NCBI GenBank assembly: GCA_043811375.1
Contig: JBDRNJ010000074.1
Coordinates: 32,001 to 96,000 of the forward strand
DNA: 64,000 bases
Source: a bacterium
GTDB lineage: Bacteria > Zixibacteria > MSB-5A5 > GN15 > FEB-12
Reading direction: 5' to 3'
The notes beneath the pieces were generated by a model. It was given only the letters and a program-made list of their open reading frames with translations, made no database searches and was not told the origin of the DNA. The first letter of the stretch is position 1. Every line of letters starts with the position of its first letter. Shown here one piece after another: positions 1 through 10,293 of the stretch. The translations under genes were made by a program, and so were the position numbers.

Positions 1-11
1 CCAGATTTGAC

Positions 12-84
12 TTGAACCACCAGCGGACAAATTCTATATTCGCGGTGTCTATTGCTTGAAACTCGACAAGTTAGTCGCTACTAT
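12..84 (+). promoter_or_regulatory. Two tandem sigma70-like promoters
   Basis: TTGAAC(12-17)-17bp-TATATT(35-40) and TTGAAA(56-61)-17bp-TACTAT(79-84), upstream of the TPR gene. Confidence 0.45.
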
Positions 85-89
85 CACAA

Positions 90-1613
90 ATGACATACGG
101 CACAGCAAGTTCGGCCTGGCGCATTGTCCTGTTAATACCGGTATTAGTACTGTGTTGCAGTGACAACAGCGCCGTTCGTCTCCGCTACCAGGCGGAAAAG
201 GCGGCACATTATGCCGAAAAGAGCCTGCAGGAGATTCATCACCGGGTGGAATCCGCCGACGAGAGTTCTTTCCGCGAAGTAACCGACCGATTCGGCCACG
301 CTGCCGACTACAGCCTGGCTTCTCTCGATTCCATAGACTCAACAATTAACCCACTCGAGTATCAGCAGATACAACAACTTGCCTTTCAGACAAGTGATCG
401 CCTCTCGCGGTTATTTTATGCTCGCGGGCAATTTGATACCTGCCGGAGCATTCTGAGCCGTCTGCCGGATCGGATGTACCTGAACACATCACAACAGGTT
501 TCGGTTCGACTCAACCTGGGAAAGACCTGGCAGGCCTCCGGTTTCTTCGATAGTGCCCTGGCAATTTACAGAAATACGCTGCAGGTCTTCTATCCGCCGG
601 TCAATGACTCCGGTGAGGTGATTGATAAACTGCTTGACCTGCCGGCACATCTTTTCCGCGTGACCGAAATGACGGGCGATTCCAGCTCTGCCGCGAACAT
701 GCTCACACTGGCGGAGCAGTATTACCTCACACTTCTTGATGATTGTTCCGGTGCACATCCGGCGGCGGCGGTCCGCGCCGGCCTGATACGCCTTTACAAC
801 CATACCGGCCAGTGGAATAAAGAAATAACCCAACTGCAGGTCGTTCTTGATTCCAACCAGCCGGCAGCAATCTCCACCGCGTCATCATCTGTCGAACACG
901 CCAGGCAGGCAATCAAACTTCGTCTGTCCGACATATATGCCACCAACCCCGACCGACACCAACAGGCCCTGACACTCTACCGTGAAATCCTTGATAGTCT
1001 GGCACCATCCGATACAATACTCCGCCCACAAATTCTGTTTGGCATCGGCGAGACTATTTTGGCCCAGGGCGATCACTCCCGGGCCAGACAGAAACTGCTG
1101 AGACTCAAGCGTGAGTATCCCAAATTTTTTGCCGCCACCCCGCCGGTTCAGCGCGCTATCGCCCGGTCCTTTGAACTGGAAGGAAACTTCAATCGCGCCG
1201 AATTAGAGTATTTATTCCTCATCGAAAGTTTCCGAGGAACCGACGAAGCCATGGCCGCCTACCTCCATCTTGCCGACCACTACGATAAGCAGAACCGAAT
1301 GACTGAGGCGGCACGATGGTACCGTCAGGCAGAACAGAATTTTGATGAGGTGGCAACAATGGCTGCGGGCACAGCCACCGGGGCTGGCGCCCTGAGCTAC
1401 AAAGCCGATCTTTACCTCAAAAGACGGGACTGGCGCCGGTCAGCAGAGATACTGCTGGATTTGTTCGGCCGGTATCCACATACTGAGGCCGGTCGACGGG
1501 CTTTGCATAAGGCAGCAAATATTTACCGCCGCAAGCTTGATAATCGGGTTGCTGCCGATTCATTAATAAAAGTCCTGAAAACGGGTATGGCAGAAATTGA
1601 ACAGTTACGATAA
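90..1613 (+). CDS. Tetratricopeptide-repeat protein, probably exported or a lipoprotein
   Basis: 507 aa; hydrophobic N-terminus ending in LVLCC; repeated helical TPR-like units (e.g. LNLGKTWQASGFFDSALAIYRNTL, AYLHLADHYDKQNRMTEAARWYRQ). Confidence 0.75.
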   Translation: MTYGTASSAWRIVLLIPVLVLCCSDNSAVRLRYQAEKAAHYAEKSLQEIHHRVESADESSFREVTDRFGHAADYSLASLDSIDSTINPLEYQQIQQLAFQTSDRLSRLFYARGQFDTCRSILSRLPDRMYLNTSQQVSVRLNLGKTWQASGFFDSALAIYRNTLQVFYPPVNDSGEVIDKLLDLPAHLFRVTEMTGDSSSAANMLTLAEQYYLTLLDDCSGAHPAAAVRAGLIRLYNHTGQWNKEITQLQVVLDSNQPAAISTASSSVEHARQAIKLRLSDIYATNPDRHQQALTLYREILDSLAPSDTILRPQILFGIGETILAQGDHSRARQKLLRLKREYPKFFAATPPVQRAIARSFELEGNFNRAELEYLFLIESFRGTDEAMAAYLHLADHYDKQNRMTEAARWYRQAEQNFDEVATMAAGTATGAGALSYKADLYLKRRDWRRSAEILLDLFGRYPHTEAGRRALHKAANIYRRKLDNRVAADSLIKVLKTGMAEIEQLR

Positions 1614-1681
1614 AATAAGAACTATAGATAAGCCGGAGTGTAAAAACATCGGCCAAAGAATTAACACCGATCGGAGGAAAG

Positions 1682-2254
1682 ATGAAATCTGCGCTATTAG
1701 TTGCTGTCTGTTTTCTGGCAGGTCTGCTGATAACCCCGCTGGTTTCGGCACAAGTTGACCATTTCGGTAAAATCGACACCATATACGCCGATGTAGCCCA
1801 AATCGATGACCTCAACTGGACGATCACCGTTTCCTTTACCAATGATGAGACGGTGGACGGGATGTCGATACCGCTGCAAATGAAAGCCGGGCTCACACGT
1901 ATTGTCGCCGACTCTGCGGTCTACACCGGAGGACGGGTAGAATCATTCGCCTACAAGGGCTTCCGCCCCGACAGCGCCATCCAGTGCGTTATGCTGGGAA
2001 TGATTGCCAACCTTGGCCCGACCCAGAATCAACTCAGGCCCGGCAGCGGTCGGCTGGTGACTGTATTCGTGTCATCTCCCGATAAAAAGCCAATCGAGGA
2101 TCTTCAGGTCGATACCACCACACTGCACCCCAGCAATTCCCTGCTGGTTGTCGCCGACCGGACCCAACTCGATCCCGATGCCGATACCGTTCCGGTCCAT
2201 ATCAGCAAGAAGCTGGAAATCGTACCGGCCTTCGTGGCTCGCCGGCAAAAGTGA
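1682..2254 (+). CDS. Secreted single-domain beta-sandwich protein, cohesin-like
   Basis: GGAGG RBS; signal peptide; alternating beta-strand pattern (WTITVSFTNDETVDGMSIPL...PGSGRLVTVFV) resembling cohesin domains; the fold call is inference. Confidence 0.5.
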   Translation: MKSALLVAVCFLAGLLITPLVSAQVDHFGKIDTIYADVAQIDDLNWTITVSFTNDETVDGMSIPLQMKAGLTRIVADSAVYTGGRVESFAYKGFRPDSAIQCVMLGMIANLGPTQNQLRPGSGRLVTVFVSSPDKKPIEDLQVDTTTLHPSNSLLVVADRTQLDPDADTVPVHISKKLEIVPAFVARRQK

Positions 2255-2281
2255 CCTTAGTAGATAATTTGTCTGACTATA

Positions 2282-2311
2282 GCGCCCGGTGTCACACCGG
2301 GCGTTTTTTTT
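2282..2311 (+). terminator. Rho-independent terminator
   Basis: GCGCCCGGTG-tca-CACCGGGCGT hairpin followed by a T8 tract, between convergent genes. Confidence 0.85.
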
Positions 2312-2350
2312 GAACCTGACTAACGGACGCCGGCAGGGATCGGTACCGAA

Positions 2351-3592
2351 TTATTCCGTGTCCGTTCCGGGGTCCCGATCAGGTTTTGCCCTGACAGAAG
2401 GCCTTTCCTTTTCGACCACAAACCTCTTCAGTTGCTCCATCTGGTCCGGGTCAAGCCTTTCCTTTCGGTAGACCTCCTTCATGAGAGCCCGGGCATTCAG
2501 TTCGAAGAAATCTTGTAAGCTCTCTTCTTGTATGCCCAATTCCCTTACGAGATACGACAGTTGCGCAAAGAGATCACGATCATCGGTACGGGTGATGAAT
2601 TCCTCTGAACGGGAAATCCTGACTGTCACCTGACCGGCATCTCCCTCGAAAGTCGCCAGATCCATATCTTTTGACAACTGAACCAACTCGCTCTTTAGTT
2701 CTTCCCAACGGCTTTTCAATTCCTTGTACGTGCGGTCGGTGTCAAGAAATTCACTGGCCACTACGTAAGCCCGTTTCGCGATGTCCTCATCATTACTATC
2801 GGTGGTCTCTGCCAGCAACTGCTTGTGCCTCTTGGCGGGACAGACACCAACGTAATCGCAGTAATTGCAAAGGGGGCCTTCCTTGACCGGAAATTCGTCA
2901 AGCTGTCGTGACTGCTTTATTTCGATCACACCCAGGCGAAGTTCCTCGACCAGACGCTCCAACTCGTCCGGAGGCATCCGGTAACAAACCACCTCATCCG
3001 GACGCAACAGGTACTGGGCCACTTCAATCGTCTCAAACTGCGGGTAATTCTGTTTTACCGCCAGTTGGTACAGCCCCATCTGGAAAAAGAAATCCAAGTC
3101 GGTCGGTCGCACCAGTCGCCCGCCGGTCTTATAATCACAGATCTCAATCACTTTGTCATCGCGTTTCCACAAACGGTCGATCCTGACATTGAACTTAAAA
3201 TCAGAACCCGGCAGAACGAATCCGAGTGACAATTCGGTACCCAGCAACGTGCCCGGATTAAACGGCTGAAAACGCTCATAGTGCCTTTTCAGCATCTGCC
3301 GCCCCAGTCTGGCCTGGTCATCCACCGTATAGGCATCGTTGTTGACCACGATCTGCTCCGGCGCGACACTCTCCCACTGCTGCCGGAAGTAGTCGTCCAC
3401 ATCCTCCAACGACATGACGATTCCATCGGAACCGAGTTTATACAGCCGTACCAGAACCCGGTGAACCACATTCCCCAGATGCGTCACGTCATTCAGCTTC
3501 CGGGGCACCTCTACTCGATCGATATACTTGAACTTGAACTGCCGGGGGCAGTTCCGAAATGTCCTGAGTAAACTGTGACTATAGGCTCGCAT
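2351..3592 (-). CDS. PD-(D/E)XK nuclease family protein (RecB/Cas4/AddB-like, Fe-S staple)
   Basis: N-terminal YSHS..RNCPRQF, RIDRL and ICDYKTG catalytic motifs, QMGLY, C-terminal CNYCDYVGVCP. Confidence 0.85.
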   Translation of the reverse strand: MRAYSHSLLRTFRNCPRQFKFKYIDRVEVPRKLNDVTHLGNVVHRVLVRLYKLGSDGIVMSLEDVDDYFRQQWESVAPEQIVVNNDAYTVDDQARLGRQMLKRHYERFQPFNPGTLLGTELSLGFVLPGSDFKFNVRIDRLWKRDDKVIEICDYKTGGRLVRPTDLDFFFQMGLYQLAVKQNYPQFETIEVAQYLLRPDEVVCYRMPPDELERLVEELRLGVIEIKQSRQLDEFPVKEGPLCNYCDYVGVCPAKRHKQLLAETTDSNDEDIAKRAYVVASEFLDTDRTYKELKSRWEELKSELVQLSKDMDLATFEGDAGQVTVRISRSEEFITRTDDRDLFAQLSYLVRELGIQEESLQDFFELNARALMKEVYRKERLDPDQMEQLKRFVVEKERPSVRAKPDRDPGTDTE

Positions 3593-3654
3593 CGATCAAC
3601 CTCATATCGCCGCAACAGCCGCCAGTATCCGGATGAATCAGCATCGCCGATAAC

Positions 3655-4683
3655 TCATAGTCGATGTGTCGGGCCTCTACCGAAAAGATTTTCATACCAT
3701 CCCAGCAGGATGCCGACACCCAGGCCAAAGTGGATAGTGGGAAGGATCAGTGGTCCGTATAACAGACAGACCGGTTGCTTCTCTTTCAACGCCAGGAACA
3801 ATGAAAAAGTGACCACCAGCAAAAGATACAGAGCACAGACCGTCCGAAAAGCCGCCACCACCGGTGCGGCCAGCAATGACAGCAGTAACATAAGGACAAA
3901 TCCCAACACCCCGATTGCGGCCAGCCACTGCCACGGAGAAATCAGACTGTGCTTGGCGGCAAAGCGGGCTCGACCCCGACCATAACGCACCATCTGTTGC
4001 CAAAGCGCTCCAATGCTTGCTCGTGGATAATAATATGTCATCAGCCGCTGCGACAGGTACGACTTGATTCCGGCCTTATGGAGACGATAATTGAAATCCA
4101 CATCTTCGCAGGCATCGAAATCTTCATCGAAGTACCCAATCTCCTCGAAAACCGAACGCTCATAGATGGCGCCCGAGGATGTGGGATCGACCTCTCCCTC
4201 GGAAGTGGAATATATCTCCGACCACGGCCGATGTCCCAGAACAGATCCCCGGCAGAGGGCTACTGCGGTTTCAAACTCGTTTATACCCGGTACCGTCAAC
4301 GGTTGCGGTCGACACAGGCACCCGGCCCCGGTCGACTCGAACAGCTCCACAATATCGCGCAGCATCATCCGGCTGGGTATGTGTATATGTCCGTCCAGAA
4401 TCGCCACGTACCGGGCGGTAGAGTTCTTGATTCCGACATTGCGTCCCGAGCCCGGTCCGTAGCCGGGGTTGTCCAGCACTTTCAGTGACCCAAACCTGTT
4501 TCGGAACTGTTCGGCTGCCGCGCGCGTCCCGTCAGTGGAACCGCCATCGGCAACAACCACCTCCAGACGCTCCATCGGAAAATCCTGGTGATAAATCTGA
4601 TCAAGAACACGACCAATATGCTGCTTCTCATTGAGCGTCGGCATCACGACAGCCAGATCGTATTTCGAATCAGATTCCGTCAT
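3655..4683 (-). CDS. GT2 glycosyltransferase (ExoA-like) with C-terminal TM helices
   Basis: VVMPTLNE, VADGGSTDGT, LDGH, CEDVDFNYRL and QQMVRYG motifs. Confidence 0.9.
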   Translation of the reverse strand: MTESDSKYDLAVVMPTLNEKQHIGRVLDQIYHQDFPMERLEVVVADGGSTDGTRAAAEQFRNRFGSLKVLDNPGYGPGSGRNVGIKNSTARYVAILDGHIHIPSRMMLRDIVELFESTGAGCLCRPQPLTVPGINEFETAVALCRGSVLGHRPWSEIYSTSEGEVDPTSSGAIYERSVFEEIGYFDEDFDACEDVDFNYRLHKAGIKSYLSQRLMTYYYPRASIGALWQQMVRYGRGRARFAAKHSLISPWQWLAAIGVLGFVLMLLLSLLAAPVVAAFRTVCALYLLLVVTFSLFLALKEKQPVCLLYGPLILPTIHFGLGVGILLGWYENLFGRGPTHRL

Positions 4684-4820
4684 CTTATTAGTCTCGTCTC
4701 TGCAAAGAATCTCCCATCAGCCCGATTGTGGCCGCCGTAGTTTCCGGCCACACTCACGCCGATTGCCACATCAGGCAATAAACCCTTTGCGTATTCCAAT
4801 GCAAGCAATGATTACCGATC

Positions 4821-4859
4821 CTGCCGCCCTTTGCGAATCGACGATACAGGGGGCGGCAG
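4821..4859. other. Stable 13-bp hairpin
   Basis: CTGCCGCCCTTTG ... CAGGGGGCGGCAG (with G-T pairs); no U-tract, so a terminator role is uncertain. Confidence 0.4.
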
Positions 4860-4894
4860 ATGTCCGGAGGTTTACCCAAAAGTCCGCTGTTCGA

Positions 4895-5137
4895 TCAGGT
4901 ATTGGCTCGCTTCCGCGTGAGGTGTGATCTGTCCGCAAATCGACGACATTGTTGCTCAGGCACTTGCGAAGAAGCTCCGGAACCTTCGATAACCAGGTGA
5001 TCATCACCACCGATATCCTCCGGAAAAACACAGGTATTGCTCAGATCATCGGAGTTGCATGATCGACAAAGCCAAACGCCGTGTAGCCGAATCAGCGACC
5101 GACCGCAATTGACGCATTTTTTTTCCTGTCTGGTCAT
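4895..5137 (-). CDS. Putative small zinc-ribbon protein
   Basis: 80 aa with CVNC-x12-CRSC in an otherwise empty ~790-bp gap; co-oriented with its neighbours. Confidence 0.4.
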   Translation of the reverse strand: MTRQEKKCVNCGRSLIRLHGVWLCRSCNSDDLSNTCVFPEDIGGDDHLVIEGSGASSQVPEQQCRRFADRSHLTRKRANT

Positions 5138-5273
5138 CCTGCCCGAATCCCCGACTTCCGCTTGTCGACCTGGGTGATAGTGATACTATAGTTTCACAGG
5201 CAATTACCGTGCAACCACCCTGCCGAGTCGCAGCGATTCTCTTAATTGTATGGATTAACATGAATTAGGTACA

Positions 5274-5328
5274 GTAGGTCGGCGTTCCGAGTGAGTCCGG
5301 CATCAGACGGATGAATGAGAAACCCGAC
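5274..5328 (+). repeat. GTAG-type REP-like palindrome
   Basis: GTAG-GTCGGCGTTCC...GAGAAACCCGAC imperfect hairpin downstream of rodA. Confidence 0.5.
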
Positions 5329-5473
5329 ATTCCCCTGGTGGGTAGGGTCTTTTCGGGCTATCGTGGATTCGCTGATAGATGGTCTCAGGCCACAGATATG
5401 GCCCTGATCCCTTTACGGCGGAATTAAGGACAGTTTGATTACTTGCCGGAAAAAGCCGCTTGCGGCCGTCGGC

Positions 5474-6694
5474 TCAGTATTCCTGCCAGTGGTAGTCGGC
5501 CAGCACGATCAGACCCACCAGCGACCAGCATAACACCAGCGATGTACCCCCGTAGCTCACAAACGGCAAAGCCAGGCCGGTTACCGGCATGAAACCAAGA
5601 GCCATGCCGACATTGATAAAAAACTGAAACAACAGGATACCCGTCGCACCCATAACCATTTTAGAGGCAAAGCGCGATCGACATCGAGTTGCAATCCGGA
5701 TAGCTCGATAGAACAGAAATCCGAACAGCAGTAACACCAATATCCCCCCCCACAATCCGTACTCCTCTCCGAGCACGGAAAAAATGAAATCGGTGTGACG
5801 TTCCGGAAGAAAATCCAGCCGTGTCTGAGATCCGTTGAGAGGACCCTTGCCCCAGACACCTCCTGATCCGATGGCGATTTTTGACTGGATGATCTGATAA
5901 CCGGCGCCTCGCGGGTCATGACTGGGATCCAGAAACGTCAGTATACGCAGCTTCTGATAATCGGCCAGGCGGTTCCAGATGAACGGCGTGATCATACCGA
6001 AAGCCAGGTTGGTCACCACCGTAACCACACCAAAGAGAAATCCCGGCCGCAGAAGAAAGATGTACACCAGCAGGACGGCGAAATAAAGAGCCCAGGCCAG
6101 CCAGTGTGAGGCGGCCACCAGCGACACTATCGGAGACAATACTAAAACCATGTACCAGGGCGACAGTCCGCTCCAAAACCACAATACGAAGAGTATCACG
6201 AAGAAGACCAGCGATGTCCCCAGATCCGGCTGCTTCAGCACCAGTGCCGCCGGGATCAGCATCATCAGGGCAGATAGAGCCAGTCGCCGTTTTGATGTTG
6301 GTGGCAGTTTGGTATAGGCAAAAAAGCGTGACAGGGCCAGCACCAGCGCCAGCTTGGCAATGTCGGAAGGCGCCAGATTGATCGGTCCGAAAGAAAACCA
6401 CCGTGTTGCTCCCAGTCTGGTCGTGCCAACCACCAACACCAGTATCAGCAAACCGAGCGCTACGGCGTAAAAGAGATAAGCGCCAAAATCCATCAGCTTC
6501 AGCGGTAAATGAAGCACCACCACGAAGGCCGCCAGCGCCATCGCCAGCCAGAGGAGCTGGCGCTGGAAGAAATCACGCTCGAAATCCGAGCCGGCATAAT
6601 ACTGGGCCGACATAATGAGCAGAACTCCAATCAGCGACAACAACAGCACGGCACCGATCAATTGCCAGTCAAGTTCCCGATAATTGAGCATCAC
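5474..6694 (-). CDS. rodA: Rod shape-determining SEDS protein RodA
   Basis: GATRW, LKQPDLGT, GYQIIQSKIAIGSGG, LPERHTDFIF and PFVSYGG motifs; adjacent to PBP2. Confidence 0.97.
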   Translation of the reverse strand: MMLNYRELDWQLIGAVLLLSLIGVLLIMSAQYYAGSDFERDFFQRQLLWLAMALAAFVVVLHLPLKLMDFGAYLFYAVALGLLILVLVVGTTRLGATRWFSFGPINLAPSDIAKLALVLALSRFFAYTKLPPTSKRRLALSALMMLIPAALVLKQPDLGTSLVFFVILFVLWFWSGLSPWYMVLVLSPIVSLVAASHWLAWALYFAVLLVYIFLLRPGFLFGVVTVVTNLAFGMITPFIWNRLADYQKLRILTFLDPSHDPRGAGYQIIQSKIAIGSGGVWGKGPLNGSQTRLDFLPERHTDFIFSVLGEEYGLWGGILVLLLFGFLFYRAIRIATRCRSRFASKMVMGATGILLFQFFINVGMALGFMPVTGLALPFVSYGGTSLVLCWSLVGLIVLADYHWQEY

Positions 6695-8505
6695 TGCCGA
6701 TTCTCCCTGCCGATGACTGTCAGTTCTGACCGGCTTAGTTTTTTATCCATATAACACCGGATAACCCGGCCCACAATCGGCGCCGCCACTTCAGAACCGT
6801 GGCCGGCGTTCTCCACGATGGCGCAGACCACAATTTCGGGTTCTTCAAGCGGAGCTACGCCCACGAACCAGGAATGGTTTTCACCATGAGGATTCTGTGC
6901 TGTGCCGGTTTTGCCGCCGATTGAGTAACTGTCGTTTTTCAATGAACGTGCTGTCCCGTCGTCTCCTTCCACTACCAACCGTATCCCCTCCAGCAGAATC
7001 GAGAGCGTCCCGTCAGAAAACGGCAACGTGAAGGACACCCGCGGCGCTATGGTCAATTCCTCTCCATCGGCGTAGGTGATCGTTCTGACGATGTGAGGCA
7101 CATAGACAATGCCGTGATTTGCCACCCCGCAGAAAAACTGAGTCAGCTGTACCGGCGTTACCAGAAGCTCGCCCTGGCCGATGGCATTGTTCAGCACCAG
7201 CCCACGTGTCCAACGGTTCTTACCGTAGCGCCGATTGTAGTAACGACTGTCCGGATTGAGCCCCGGTGACTCCCCCGGCAAATCGATACCGGTCGGATGA
7301 CCAAACCCGCACCGATCATAGTACTCACTGAGCTTGTCGATACCAAGCTTGAGCCCGATCTGATAAATGAACACATCGCACGACTGCTCCAGAACCTGCG
7401 CGGCTGCCAGGCTCCCATGCCCGCCCGGCTGCCAGCAGCCGAATACCCGGTTACCGAACCGATACCTGCCCGTGCATGGCTTCTCGGTACTGTTGGCGGT
7501 AATAAGACCTTCCTGGAGAGCTGCTCCGATCGTTACCAGCTTGACGGTGGATGCCGGGGGATAAAGCCCGTTTAGAGGACGATTCAACAACGGATGAGCC
7601 GAGTCGCCGGACATCGCCTGCCACAGACTCTCCGGCACCACTGATGAAAAGATGTTGGCGTCATAGCCGGGATACGATGCCATAGCCAGCACCTCGCCGT
7701 TGCGGGGATCCATCGCCACTACCGCACCGCAGCAAAACGTATCCAGAACTTCGGCACACAGTTGCTGCAGATCGATATCGATAGACAACGTGATATCGGC
7801 TCCCGGTTCGGCGGGAATCTCCGCTCGTTCCCGAAGCTGGCCCAGCACCTGGCCGGACGCTGTAACCTCCAGGTAGGCTGTTCCTTCACGACCGCGCAGC
7901 AGGAAGTCCTGCTGTTTCTCCAGCCCCTTCTTGCCGACCAGGCTGCCCAGGCGAAGTTCTTCTCCCTCCTCCCGACTTAGATCCTGATACGAAACCTCGC
8001 CCACATAACCGGTGTACGATTCGGCCGCCAATCCGCCACCATACTGGCGCACATGCTCCGTTTGCCAGGCCACCCCCGGAAACCGCGTCATCTGTTCCGC
8101 CAGAATTGCCACTACCTCGAACCCGACGTCCCGCTTGATTGGCGCCGGCTGATACCGATTGACCATGTTCCTGGCAATGCGGCGCTCAATTTCCAGCGTA
8201 TCCAGGTCGAGCAATCGGGCCAGGCTGGGAAGCGTCTGGCCGCGCTGCATCTCCGCCGGTACTACGGCTACCGTGTAGGAGGGACGATTGTCTATCAACG
8301 GGCGCCCCTCACGATCGTACACACGTCCCCGTCGGGGCACCACCGGCACCACCCGTATCCGGTTTTCCTCCGACCTCATAGCCAGTTGCCGGTGCTGGAG
8401 AATCTGCAGCTTGGCAAGTCCGCCAATCAACAGCAACAGCACCAACAGGACCACCACCAGGCTGGTTTTCTCTCTTCTCTCGAGTGGGATTGTGGAGCGT
8501 GGCAT
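6691..8505 (-). CDS. mrdA: Penicillin-binding protein 2
   Basis: PRRGRVYDREG, SxxK (PASTVK), SCD and KTGTAQ motifs; located in the mreCD-rodA operon. Confidence 0.96.
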   Translation of the reverse strand: MPRSTIPLERREKTSLVVVLLVLLLLIGGLAKLQILQHRQLAMRSEENRIRVVPVVPRRGRVYDREGRPLIDNRPSYTVAVVPAEMQRGQTLPSLARLLDLDTLEIERRIARNMVNRYQPAPIKRDVGFEVVAILAEQMTRFPGVAWQTEHVRQYGGGLAAESYTGYVGEVSYQDLSREEGEELRLGSLVGKKGLEKQQDFLLRGREGTAYLEVTASGQVLGQLRERAEIPAEPGADITLSIDIDLQQLCAEVLDTFCCGAVVAMDPRNGEVLAMASYPGYDANIFSSVVPESLWQAMSGDSAHPLLNRPLNGLYPPASTVKLVTIGAALQEGLITANSTEKPCTGRYRFGNRVFGCWQPGGHGSLAAAQVLEQSCDVFIYQIGLKLGIDKLSEYYDRCGFGHPTGIDLPGESPGLNPDSRYYNRRYGKNRWTRGLVLNNAIGQGELLVTPVQLTQFFCGVANHGIVYVPHIVRTITYADGEELTIAPRVSFTLPFSDGTLSILLEGIRLVVEGDDGTARSLKNDSYSIGGKTGTAQNPHGENHSWFVGVAPLEEPEIVVCAIVENAGHGSEVAAPIVGRVIRCYMDKKLSRSELTVIGRENRQ

Positions 8506-8512
8506 AACGCGT

Positions 8513-9001
8513 TCAGAAGAGGCTTCTGATTTTCCGGTAAGTTATCTTCCCCTCCTTAAACAGGAAAAACAACCAGCCGATTGCAGCGGTATAGACAGCG
8601 CCGGGTAAAGCACTGACCAGACACAGATGTGCCAGACTGTGTCCACCGTTTATCATCAGCACCAGAACGTTGTGCAACAGAACGCCGCCAAAGATCAGCA
8701 CCAGCCGCGAGTAAAGTGATTCCAGGTTGAACCTCTCCCGAATGTGAAACGTGGCCAGCCCCACCGCCGCCAGCACCAGGGCATGCCAGCCCAGCACGTC
8801 GGGTCGTTCGGGGACCAGAACCAGGCCGGCCGCAAAACCAAACCAGACCACCACCAATTCTCGCTTATAGATTCCCACCACCAGTACAATCAGGGCAGCT
8901 ATGTTAATCACCGACATGCTGATAGCCGTCACGTCCCTGGTTATCACCTCGTGCAGGGCAATCAACAACAGGTAAAGTATGAATGGTATGGCTCTGGTCA
9001 T
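8513..9001 (-). CDS. mreD: Rod shape-determining protein MreD
   Basis: 162-aa polytopic membrane protein between mreC and mrdA; GFAAGL motif. Confidence 0.8.
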   Translation of the reverse strand: MTRAIPFILYLLLIALHEVITRDVTAISMSVINIAALIVLVVGIYKRELVVVWFGFAAGLVLVPERPDVLGWHALVLAAVGLATFHIRERFNLESLYSRLVLIFGGVLLHNVLVLMINGGHSLAHLCLVSALPGAVYTAAIGWLFFLFKEGKITYRKIRSLF

Positions 9002-9795
9002 TGTTCCTGTATACGCAAAACGAATAGTTCCTCAAGCTTTCGGACGTCGGCAGCCGGGTTAAGACGCACTCTGCAGAACGGTTCCTCCTCCGGACGAATA
9101 ACCTCCGTTACCGTGCCCACCAACAAACCGGCCGGGTAGATACCCCCCAGACCTGATGACAGCACAGTATCGCCGACACGGATGTCCGCCTGAACGGGGA
9201 CATTGTCCAACACCATCCCGACCCCGATCACATGACGCACAATACCCATCTCGCGACTGCGGGCCAGGCGTGCCGCCACCCGATTCGACGGATCTGTTAA
9301 CAATTGAATAGTGGCGGTGCTGACACTAACTGAGACTACCCTCCCGATCAACCCATCCTGGTTGATCAAAGGCAGGTCAACCTTGATGGCATCCTCAAGG
9401 CCTCGGTTGATGGCCGCCGCTGTCGGCAGGTACGCTCCCAATCCGGAGACTTTCACTACCTTTGCCGGCGTCAGTTCATACCCGGGAGGTGGTTCAAAAC
9501 CCAATGCCGCTCGTAGTCTGACTGTTTCTCGCGAAACCTCTTCACACAGGGATAGCTTCTCGGATACTTCTACTAACTGCGCTTGAAGACGGCTCAAATC
9601 CGTAGCACGTACGGTAGCATCGATAAAACCCTGCTTAATCCGGTGAAATGGATAGTAGAGGCTGCTCAGAACAACCTCGCTGACCAGACCTCGCACTCCC
9701 GCCGGACCTAAAATCAGCCCCAAGGCCAACGCCAGCACCAAACCCAGTTGGATATTGCGCCATCGTCTGTGAAATAACTGAGATATCCAACTCAT
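8998..9795 (-). CDS. mreC: Rod shape-determining protein MreC
   Basis: TM plus coiled coil, GLIGRV, SSGLGGIYPAGLLVGTV. Confidence 0.93.
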   Translation of the reverse strand: MSWISQLFHRRWRNIQLGLVLALALGLILGPAGVRGLVSEVVLSSLYYPFHRIKQGFIDATVRATDLSRLQAQLVEVSEKLSLCEEVSRETVRLRAALGFEPPPGYELTPAKVVKVSGLGAYLPTAAAINRGLEDAIKVDLPLINQDGLIGRVVSVSVSTATIQLLTDPSNRVAARLARSREMGIVRHVIGVGMVLDNVPVQADIRVGDTVLSSGLGGIYPAGLLVGTVTEVIRPEEEPFCRVRLNPAADVRKLEELFVLRIQEQ

Positions 9796-9826
9796 CTGTC
9801 GCCAGCGTCCCTGCTTGCCGACAGCC

Positions 9827-10279
9827 TCAGGTCACGTTGTCCATGAGTTCCATGACATCGCCCGGGGATATCGCCTCCATCAGTTTCTGTCGGTTCTCTT
9901 TCGACTTCATCAGATAGGACAGCCGCGCCATGACGTTCAAATGAGCGCCAATGGCATCTTCCGGAGCGGCTATCAAAAAGAACAGATGAACCGGCTTGTG
10001 ATCCATGGCGTCGAAATCAACGCCGTCAACACTGCGCCCGAAAGCAATCACAATTCCCTTGGTCGCCTTGGTCTTGGCGTGAGGAAAAGCCACCCCGTAG
10101 CCGGCCCCCGTCGTCACCAATTCTTCACGCTCCATGATATCAGCCAGCAACCCATCCCGATTCTTCACCATCCTGGAGGAGGCCACCAGGTCAACCAGTT
10201 CTTCAATCAGGGCGTTCTTTTTTGTCGCCTTCAGATTGAAGATAACCAATGTTTCGTCGCAGAATTTCGATAATTTCAT
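9827..10279 (-). CDS. PTS EIIA component (PtsN/fructose-mannitol type)
   Basis: EREELVTTGAGYGVAFPHA phospho-His motif; DFDAMDHKPVHLFFLI. Confidence 0.92.
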   Translation of the reverse strand: MKLSKFCDETLVIFNLKATKKNALIEELVDLVASSRMVKNRDGLLADIMEREELVTTGAGYGVAFPHAKTKATKGIVIAFGRSVDGVDFDAMDHKPVHLFFLIAAPEDAIGAHLNVMARLSYLMKSKENRQKLMEAISPGDVMELMDNVT

Positions 10280-10293
10280 CAGGCCCGACTCCT

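Noticed and set aside
2351..3592. CRISPR-Cas locus suggested by the Cas4-like nuclease
   Set aside because: No cas1/cas2 and no regularly spaced direct repeats with unique spacers were seen anywhere in the window
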